Assembly (NCBI GenBank): GCA_964016885.1
Contig: OZ024756.1
Span: 20,150,001 to 20,214,000 of the forward strand
Direction of reading: 5' to 3'
Length of the DNA: 64,000 nt
DNA from: Eledone cirrhosa
Taxonomy: Eukaryota
Both the position numbers and the translations under genes were made by a program. Shown here piece by piece: positions 54,520 to 64,000 of this stretch. How positions within the stretch are numbered: the first letter of the stretch is position 1; each line of letters starts with the position of its first letter. Under the pieces are notes generated by a model that was not told where the DNA came from, did not search any database, and saw nothing but the letters and a program-made list of their open reading frames with translations.

Positions 54520-54940
54520 TCTGTAACCATGGCGACATGACTTGAATGCTTTCTGTAACCATGGTGACATGACTTTGAATACTTTTTGTAACAATGGCGA
54601 TATGATTTGACTGTTTTGTGTAACCATGGTGACATGACTTGAATGCTTTGTATAACCATGGCGACATGGGGTTAAATATTTTGTGTAATCTTGACAACAT
54701 GACTTGGATCTTTTGTGTAACCATGGTGACATGTGTTTAAATACTTTGTGTAGCCATGGTGACATGACTTGAATGCTTTGTGTAACCATGGCAACATGAG
54801 TTTAAATTTTTTGTGTAACCATGACGATATGATCTGATTACTTTGTGTAACCATGGCAACATGATTTGAATGCCTTGTGTAACCATGGTGGCAAGAGTAT
54901 ACACATATATACGCTATGTAACTATGGTGACATGATTTAA
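54520..54940 (+). repeat. Diverged minisatellite of about 32 bp (tgtaaccatggtgacatgacttgaatgcttt)
   Basis: About 12 copies. Confidence 0.8.
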
Positions 54941-56725
54941 ACCTCTCATCCAGCTTTAGATTAGTTGTCGTTGACGAAGTAAATTATGCAAAAAAAAGAA
55001 AAAGACCTGAATCAGGTTGTTAGGCAACGCAACGCCACTAACTTAGTTAATTCTGTCTCTAACACTATTTAATGATTTCTTTCACACACACACACCCCCA
55101 TCCCATCCACCCACCCTACCCCCTGCTAGTTTTTCATTCCAACCAATTCAGCAGAGAAATGATATCCATGGCATCTCTCTTGTATTCAAGTTAATATTCT
55201 GCTGTGTATTGTTTTCATATTATAATATTTTCTGTCGAAAGCATTGTTTCCTTTCATAATTGTTATAATTTCATTCTCATAACATATGTCTTCAGCAACT
55301 GTAAAATGTTCTTGTGCAGTCAAGTCTTAAATATTTAGAAGATGTTTTCTTTTTTTAAGGTTTATCGTCACCATCTTCATCATTGTTTAACCTGTTGACT
55401 GCTGCATATATTCTACACAGCTACAGTTGTTGTACAGGTTTTTTTTTGTTTTCAATAAAATGACTATTTTTTTAAACAAACATTTATCAACAACACATAT
55501 CTGAATGATTGACAAACATCACATCAATAAACTAGTAACCCCATCTAGCTCTGAAGTTATGAACTGCTGGAAACGAGTTCATAACTTTGAAGTTATGAAC
55601 TGTTGGAAACGAGTTCATAACTTTGAAGTTATGAACTGATGGAAAAGAGTTCAAACATGTTAAGATGAGTTATCTCGTCCGTGGCACTGGAATGCATACA
55701 TGCTAAGATGAGTTATCTCATCTACGGCACTGAAGAGGTTAACAACGATTTTCCCCTCCTGTTAGCAAGCGTTGGACATGTCGCCACAGACTGGTCAGTA
55801 TTTAAACTGACCTTAAAACCTCCAGGTGGGTTGGGGGGGGGGGGCAAGATATACAATCCCACACACTCTAACCAAGTACATTTTATTGTAGCACCTATAC
55901 TAGGGATGTCTAAATTAAAAGAAAAAAATTGGGTCACATGCTCATGACTTTTTTTTTTTTGCTGGGGTCTCCAAGACTAGTGAGAGAGGAAATGGTATGG
56001 AAGAAACCACAACATATTGGTTTCTGTAGAAAGAAGCAGTTCATAAAGATTTAGAATCATCCCTAAAACAGAGACCTGGTTTAAATTCTTGCAATACAGT
56101 ATATTCTACTAAAGAAACCTAATGGCCAGGTGGTGGTGTTAAACTCGGTGGTGGTGTTAAACTAGGTGGTGGTGATGGTGTTAGCCCTTTAGTATTTACA
56201 TTACTCTATATTTACTATTATATTTTCATGGTAAAAGCTTTATCTCACATAATATTGAATCTATGAGATTTTGATATTATTTATTTTGAGAACAATAACT
56301 TAACATAAGTATGATCAGCTGGTTACGACCGGTTTAAACCGAAAGAGGTGAGAGAATTCTGGCCGGATATATCCAGTTTAAAAGATAAAGGGTTAAACAA
56401 AGTAGTGATGGTGTTAAACCAGGTGGTGGTGTTAAATCTACCTTCTAAGAACAGGTGTGGTTTTATCCAACAGGTTTCCATACAGTTTCCTTGACTCAAT
56501 TTTATAGAAGAAACTTCCTCAAGATACAGCTCAGGGGGTTTGAACCAAGAACTCTATAGCTAATAAATTACCTTGCAGTTCTAAACATATCTCTCTGATC
56601 CTGCACTGAGTCTAAATATTTTCTAAACATTTTTCTGCATTGATAAAATATTAACTAATTTGACAGTCTAAAAACGAATGCCACAAATTATAAAGTAGAA
56701 GTAGTATGTATAAAATAAACCTAAC

Positions 56726-57035
56726 CTCCAAAGTTGTTTTCATCCAGATACCCATCCTTTTTGTCTCCAGAATCAAGATTCTGTTTTCTCATAGAAGATT
56801 TCAAGCCAGTCATAAGTTCAGCAAGCAGTTTTTGGAGTTGTGGATCCATCTTTTGGTTCCATTTGGTATCCTCAAGGAATATGGGGGCATAGAGGTTTTT
56901 GACAACATGGTATAGTGTACTGAACGGTGAATCAATAACGGATGACATACAAATGTTTTTGTGCAGGTTATCAGGAGTGATGACTTCCGGTCGTAGTTTA
57001 AAGAAGATTAAAACCTCAGAAGCTAGTTTATCAAT
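56726..57035 (-). CDS. DYNC2H1: DYNC2H1 coding exon 2 (IDKLASEVLIFFKLRPEVITPDNLHKNI...DPQLQKLLAEL...NNFG)
   Basis: Diagnostic FFKLRPEVIT motif. Acceptor tacAG, donor GTTAG, 310 nt, phase 0 to 1. Confidence 0.95.
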
Positions 57036-57257
57036 CTGTATTGAAACAAATAGAAAAGACATTTCATCTCAACTTAACCTTTAAAGTGCTGTGGGTGACA
57101 AATTGCAACTAGAGCAATCTCCCCTTACTACATAATGTTAAATTTATTAAAATTCAGTGTGTTGAAGATTAAACATGTATTTTATCAAATAAAATCTGTT
57201 ATGTGAGTTAAATCAAATGTAGCAGAAACTGATTATAAATTAGCTTAAAGCGAGCTT

Positions 57258-58025
57258 CAATTATGATTAATTTTAAAGTTAGTATTAATTATAATCTAAT
57301 TTAAACTTAGTATCAATTATAATTAATTTTAAAGTTAGTATTAATTATAATCTAATTTAAACTTAGTATCAATTATAATTTAATTTTGAAGTTAGTATCA
57401 ATCATAATTTAATTTAAACTTAGTATCAATTATAAATTAATTTAAAGTTACTATCAATTATAATTTAATTTAAAATTAGTATCAATTATAATTAATTTTA
57501 AACTTAGTATTAATTATAATTTAATTTAAACTTCATATCAATTATAATTAATTTTAAACTTAGTATTAATTATAATTTAATTTAAACTTCATATCAATTA
57601 TAATTAATTTTAAACTTAGTATTAATTATAATTTAATTTAAACTTAGTATCAATTATAATTTAATTTTAAAGTTAGTCTCAATTATAATTTAATTTAAAC
57701 TTAGTATCAATTATAATTTAATTTTAAAGTTAGTCTCAATTATAATTTAATTTTAAACTTAGTATCAATTATAATTTAATTTTAAAGTTAGTCTCAATTA
57801 TAATTTAATTTAAACTTAGTATCAATTATAATTTAATTTTAAAGTTAGTCTCAATTATAATTTAATTTTAAAGTTAGTATCAATTATAATTTAATTTTAA
57901 AGTTAGTCTCAATTATAATTTAATTTTAAAGTTAGTCTCAATTATAATTTAATTTTAAAGTTAGTCTCAATTATAATTTAATTTAAACTTAGTATCAATT
58001 ATAATTTAATTTTAAAGTTAGTCTG
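57258..58025 (+). repeat. AT-rich minisatellite of about 28-29 bp (aattataatttaattttaaagttagtmtc)
   Basis: About 27 copies. Confidence 0.85.
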
Positions 58026-58881
58026 TCTCAAACCTGGAGGCTCATCAGGCTAGTGCTTATCCTGGTTTCTGTGGTGTGAAGCTACTGAAAGTACAAGACT
58101 GTCCCCTGGACAGGACGCCAGTCCATCACAGGGTTAAACCCCCAGCTATTGTTGGTACTCATTTTCAGCTGAGTATACTGGAGCAACGTGAAATGAAGTG
58201 GTCTTGCTCAAGGACACAACACACAACCCAGCCCAGGAATCGAACCCATGACAATAATATATATAGAGTGATATAAATGCTAAGGGGTTAAGTTATTTAC
58301 AGTAGTTTCCCCACTTGTCACTTACTCCAAGAACCCCCCCACCAACCTCATCAATCAACACTTACTCCCCCCCCCCCACACTTCCAGCTCCCAACTCACA
58401 TACCTGTTCAAGTTATTTGTCACCTACTCCAAGACCCCAGCCCCGCCAGTCCATCATTCGAGACTTAGCCCCCTCCGCCCCCACCCCAATCCAAGCTTAC
58501 ATACCTGTTCAAGTTAATTTTCACCTGCTCACTCTCTCGTCACCTACTCCAAGATTCCGCCCACCCCTCCATCACTCAACACTGCCTCCCACTACTCCCA
58601 GCTTCCAACTCACATCGCTCACTTCCCATATCCTTGTCCAGCCATTCCAACACGGAAAGACAGTTGTACGTTGCAATATACTGCTAAGATGTCATCCTTT
58701 AAGACAGTGCCGAATTTACCATTGTGTTTAGGTGTGCTTAAGCACAGGGATCCGTTCGCCAGGGGGCGCCCATCTTCCGCCCCAAAAAATATTTTTTTGC
58801 CTCCTTCAGGGCCCAAGTAAGGGACCTCATAACTTAACTTGCTCAGGGCGTCATTTGTCCTAAATCTGGCACTGCTTTAAG

Positions 58882-60562
58882 TCCACCCTCCTTCTCAACC
58901 CTTCTGTTGCCAAACATGTAGCCTACCTATCCACCCACCCTCCTTCTCAACCCTTCTGTTGCCAAACATGTAGCCTACCTATCCACCCACCCTCCTTCTC
59001 AACCCTTCTGTTGCCAAACATGTAGCCTACCTATCCACCCACCCTCCTTCTCAACCCTTCTGTTGTCAAACATGTAGCCTACCTATCCACCCACCCTCCT
59101 TCTCAACCCTTCTGTTGCCAAACATGTAGCCTACCTATCCACCCACCCTCCTTCTCAACCCTTCTGTTGTCAAACATGTAGCCTACCTATCCACCCACCC
59201 TCCTTCTCAACCCTTCTGTTGCCAAACATGTAGCCTACCTATCCACCCACCCTCCTTCTCAACCCTTCTGTTGCCAAACATGTAGCCTACCTATCCACCC
59301 ACCCTCCTTCTCAACCCTTCTGTTGTCAAACATGTAGCCTACCTATCCACCCACCCTCCTTCTCAACCCTTCTGTTGCCAAACATGTAGCCTACCTATCC
59401 ACCCACCCTCCTTCTCAACCCTTCTGTTGTCAAACATGTAGCCTACCTATCCACCCACCCTCCTTCTCAACCCTTCTGTTGTCAAACTTGTAGCCTACCT
59501 ATCCACCCACCCTCCTTCTCAACCCTTCTGTTGCCAAACATGTAGCCTACCTATCCACCCCACCCTCCTTCTCAACCCTTCTGTTGCCAAACATGTAGCC
59601 TACCTATCCACCCACCCTCCTTCTCAACCCTTCTGTTGTCAAACATGTAGCCTACCTATCCACCCACCCTCCTTCTCAACCCTTCTGTTGTCAAACATGT
59701 AGCCTACCTATCCACCCACCCTCCTTCTCAACCCTTCTGTTGTCAAACATGTAGCCTACCTATCCACCCCACCCTCCTTCTCAACCCTTCTGTTGCCAAA
59801 CATGTAGCCTACCTATCCACCCACCCTCCTTCTCAACCCTTCTGTTGTCAAACATGTAGCCTACCTATCCACCCACCCTCCTTCTCAACCCTTCTGTTGT
59901 CAAACATGTAGCCTACCTATCCACCCACCCTCCTTCTCAACCCTTCTGTTGTCAAACATGTAGCCTACCTATCCACCCACCCTCCTTCTCAACCCTTCTG
60001 TTGTCAAACATGTAGCCTACCTATCCACCCACCCTCCTTCTCAACCCTTCTGTTGACAAACATGTAGCCTACCTATCCACCCACCCTCCTTCTCAACCCT
60101 TCTGTTGCCAAACATGTAGCCTACCTATCCACCCACCCTCCTTCTCAACCCTTCTGTTGCCAAACATGTAGCCTACCTATCCACCCACCCTCCTTCTCAA
60201 CCCTTCTGTTGCCAAACATGTAGCCTACCTATCCACCCACCCTCCTTCTCAACCCTTCTGTTGCCAAACATGTAGCCTACCTATCCACCCACCCTCCTTC
60301 CTTCTCAACCCTTCTGTTGCCAAACATGTAGCCTACCTATCCACCCCACCCTCCTTCTCAACCCTTCTGTTGCCAAACATGTAGCCTACCTATCCACCCC
60401 ACCCTCCTTCTCAACCCTTGTTGCCAAACATGTAGCCTACCTATCCACCCCACCCTCCTTCTCAACCCTTCTGTTGCCAAACATGTAGCCTACCTATCCA
60501 CCCCACCCTCCTTCTCAACCCTTCTGTTGCCAAACATGTAGCCTACCTATCCACCCACCCTC
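58882..60562 (+). repeat. 52-bp minisatellite, about 32 highly homogeneous copies
   Basis: Unit ccaccctccttctcaacccttctgttgycaaacatgtagcctacctatccac. 59091 to 59351 spans five units. Confidence 0.92.
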
Positions 60563-60719
60563 TTTCTCTCTCTCATTCTCAAACACCTGTCACTGCCTTC
60601 TTAGTCTGGCTGAGGACACCATGAGTGTCTTAGCATCAAAAGGTGGTAGTGCTGGTGCCACAGTAGAATTCACTGTCCTCCTCCTCTTCCTTGTTGGAAG
60701 GGTCATGGGGGGCGGGGGG

Positions 60720-61340
60720 AAGTCTCCTAACACATCTTCCAGAGGACCCAATCAGAAGCAACTATCACCAATTAATCCAGGAGACCAACTGATCTCAAGA
60801 ATATTATCCAACCATCTTGCATGAAATCTGTCCAGTGATTCTTTCCTGAGAAATTCTAACCACATGTCCATAGTGTCGGAGCTGTGATCTAACCACATGT
60901 CCATAGTGTCGGAGCTGTGATCTAACCACATGTCCATAGTGTCGGAGCTGTGATCTAACCACATGTCCATAGTGTCGGAGCTGTGATCTAACCACATGTC
61001 CATAGTGTCGGAGCTGTGATCTAACCACATGTCCATAGTGTCGGAGCTGTGATCTAACCACATGTCCATAGTGTCAGAGCTGTGATCTAACCACATGTCC
61101 ATAGTGTCGGAGCTGTGATCTAACCACATGTCCATAGTGTCGGAGCTGTGATCTAACCACATGTCCATAGTGTCGGAGCTGTGATCTAACCACATGTCCA
61201 TAGTGTCGGAGCTGTGATCTTTACCTGGAGTGAATCCCTCATTTCTGAGCTACGCACTGTATCAAGTAACGTTACTCCAAAGACCCTTTGGAGGAACCCC
61301 CATTTCAGCCACTTGTATTCAGTAAATGTAATCAGGGAAA
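60720..61340 (-). repeat. RTE-LINE 3' fragment with internal 33-bp tandem array of about 11 copies (60856-61219)
   Basis: Unit encodes SQLRHYGHVVR. LINE sequence continues on both sides (KWGFLQRVFGVTLLDTVRSSEMR...; ISQERITGQI). Confidence 0.85.
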
Positions 61341-62188
61341 ACTGTATACATTTGACCATGTTTGCCCTTACGGAATCCTCCATGTGTGCTCCTTGGATTT
61401 TGTGTCAAATTTCAAAATTCATTGTTTTTACCAAATTGTTATCATTATAAATCCTGACAATGTTAAGCTTTGCCTTTCATCTTTACAGGGTCAATGAAAT
61501 AAAGTACCAGTAATGTACTGGGGTCAATTTAATTGCTTTTCCCCTCCCCTAAAATTGTTGGGCTTGTGCCTAAATCAGAAACCATGAATTTATGTCTGAT
61601 TGTGCAGGTGGTGGATTGGCAGCAATCGGTAGAGCGTCGGCCACATGCTTTGCAGCATAGAGTTACAACCCTTTACATTCTTAATTCAAATCCTTTTGAG
61701 GTTAGCTTCGCCTTTCATCCTGACGGGGTTGATAAAATTAATACCAGTAAGGCACTGGGGTTCATTAAACTGACTTTCTCTCCCCAAAATTGTTGGCCCT
61801 GTGTCTAAATCAGAAACCATGAATTTGTCTGACTTTTTTGAGATAATTTATAATTGGTGTTAACTTTTAGAGAATTCAATATTGATGCTAACTTCAAAAT
61901 TAAATTATAATTGATGCTAACTTTGAAATTGTGGAGGCACATAACCTTCACAATTTCTCTATATATACTATTGTATTTTAGTGGTAAAGGCTTTACCGCA
62001 CATAGTTATCTCACATAACGTCAAATCTCTGAGATTTTGATATTTTATTTATTTTGAGAACAATACCTTAACATAAGCATGAGCAGCCAGTTATGGCCAG
62101 TTTGAACAGAAAGAGGTGAGAGAATTCTGGCCAGATATGGCCAGTTTTAATGCTAAAGGGTTAAACAGGTAATCATTTGTTATCTTAC

Positions 62189-62374
62189 ACTATTGTTGAA
62201 TAGTATTTCCTTGGATTTGTTTTTCAAGTAACAAGACAAGATAGTCGTATTCTCATCATCAAGAAAGTTATTAAGAGATTCATTCTGGTACAAGACATTG
62301 CTGTCTTCCGCCTGGACATTGAAGTGATTAGCCACAGAAGTCAGTAGAAATTCTTTACGGGAATCTCCAGCCAT
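62189..62374 (-). CDS. DYNC2H1: Cytoplasmic dynein 2 heavy chain 1, first coding exon (MAGDSRKEFLLTSVANHF...LNNFLDDEN...FNNS)
   Basis: Translation resembles the vertebrate DYNC2H1 N-terminus as recalled (RKLFIFTT..INNFLDDGN). ATG at 62374, donor GTAAG at 62188, phase 0. An acceptor-like cttcaatAG lies 5 nt upstream of the ATG. Confidence 0.9.
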
Positions 62375-64000
62375 GATTTCTATTGAAGAAGAAATAAGAA
62401 AATAGAAAAAAAAAACAGAACATGAGCAAAACACATCAGTTTATATTAACCTGTTGACTGCCGCATATATTTACACAGCTACAGTTGCTGTGCCGGGTAT
62501 TATTTTTCAGTAAAATGACTATTTTTTTAAACAAATATTTATTAACAACACATATCTGAATGATTGATAAACATCACATCAATAAACTAGTAACCCCATC
62601 TAGCTTTGAAGTTATGAACTTTTGGAAAAGAGTTTAAACATGCTAGGATGAGTTATCTCATCTGTGGCATTGGAATGCATACAAGCTAGGATGAGTTATC
62701 TCGTCTATGGCACTGAAGATCTTAATAAATAATAAAGAAATCATGCTTAAGGTTTAAAGATAAGCAGTGGATTGACAGAATCGGTAGAGCCTTGGACAAC
62801 TTGCTTTGCTGCATAGAGTTATGTCCCTTTACATTCTGAGTTCAAATCCCACCAAGGTTAAGTTTTGCCTTTCACCCTTACCATTTAACATCTATTTTTT
62901 CCCTGCTAGCATGGGTTAGGCGAGTTGTCCTGTTGTGAGACAAGCCAGATCAAATGACTGTGTCTTGGTCAAACAGAACTGTTTCTGGCTTGGTTTCTAC
63001 GACTGGATGTCCTTCCTAATGCCAACCACATAAAGTACTAGTAATGCATTGGAGTTGATTTAATTGACTTTCTTCTCTTCCCCACAAATTGTTGGCCTTG
63101 TGCCTAAATCAGAAACCATTATTTAAGGTGTAGAAGAACAGCAATGGATTGGCAGTATCGATAAAGCATCAGTCAAAATGTTATGCAATGTTTAGTTATG
63201 GTATCAAAAGACTGGTGTAGTGGTTCTGAGAACAATGCAGTTTTGCAGATGATCAATGCAAATTGACAATGGAAAGGCATTCCTGCTCGAGAAGAGAACT
63301 ATTGACCTTCAGAAGAAGCAGTGACCCCTGATTGTATTCAGCAACGGAAACAAATATGAAGTACACCAAATCCAATGCTCCTAGGAGCGGCCTTGGTTCT
63401 TCTTATTTGCGAGTGTAAACTCAACCAGATTAGATTAGATTAGTAATGGCTTTTTGTGTTTAAAACCTATCATGGTCAACTTTGCTTTTTATCCATCCGG
63501 GGGTCAATAAAATAAAATAACAGTCAAGTACTGGGGTCAGATATGTTCAACTGTAGCCTTGTGCCAATGTTCATCATCATCATTGCGACCACAATCGAAC
63601 AAAGTCTCTCCACAAGTACCAGTCATGTACTGGGAGGTCTTTTCTTCCTCTATATCTCTTTTTCCTTTACTTCGACTCTCCCTCTCTCTCTCTCTCCCTC
63701 ATTTTCTGGAAGAAATCATCCATGTTCAGACCTGGAAAGTGGATGATCTTACAAGGTTTAAAAATGCTCAAGAAACATCGTATGCCACCACGGCGTTCCT
63801 ACAACTCTATAAAGAGTTAAGGATCCATACACACACACACACATACACACACACCCACACACACATACAAATATGACATCGGCATGATTTGATCCCAGGG
63901 GTTAATGGGACGAAGCTAATTAACGATCAGCTGTTTGCCATCTACACACACACAAATAAAAAGAAGAAAATGCCGAAGAAGTTTCGTTTGTGAGAAAAGC

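Noticed and set aside
58882-60562. Regular arrays (also 13.9, 22 and 40.8 kb) as possible CRISPR
   Set aside because: Head-to-tail units with no unique spacers, eukaryotic intron context, and no cas genes.
63559-63876. 105-aa plus-strand ORF as a divergent neighbouring gene
   Set aside because: No recognisable homology, partly SINE and microsatellite sequence, and no convincing exon boundaries.

Overview
AT-rich, repeat-dense eukaryotic (metazoan) DNA. The SINE and microsatellite landscape suggests an octopod cephalopod, but this is an inference. The whole window lies inside the 5' part of one minus-strand gene, cytoplasmic dynein-2 heavy chain (DYNC2H1). Ten coding exons (62374 down to 216) splice with GT-AG boundaries and consistent phases into about 650 N-terminal codons, and the gene continues past position 1. 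The introns hold tRNA-derived SINEs, RTE/Tx1/mariner fragments, piggyBac-, hAT- and Tc1-type MITEs, and many minisatellites. The most notable signal is a set of minimal type-I hammerhead ribozyme motifs from at least three unrelated sequence families (26.6, 43.5/43.8 and 45.5 kb, plus decayed copies). They sit in short non-coding cassettes next to (TA)n tracts, often as inverted duplications, resembling Penelope-like pLTR or retrozyme relics. Three are sense to the dynein pre-mRNA. Other oddities are one LINE motif expanded into 33-, 65- and 123-bp tandem arrays at four loci, Tx1-like elements always abutting (GATA)n, and a 5'-inverted RTE insertion with an intact TSD. Nearly all long ORFs in the supplied track are repeat artefacts.
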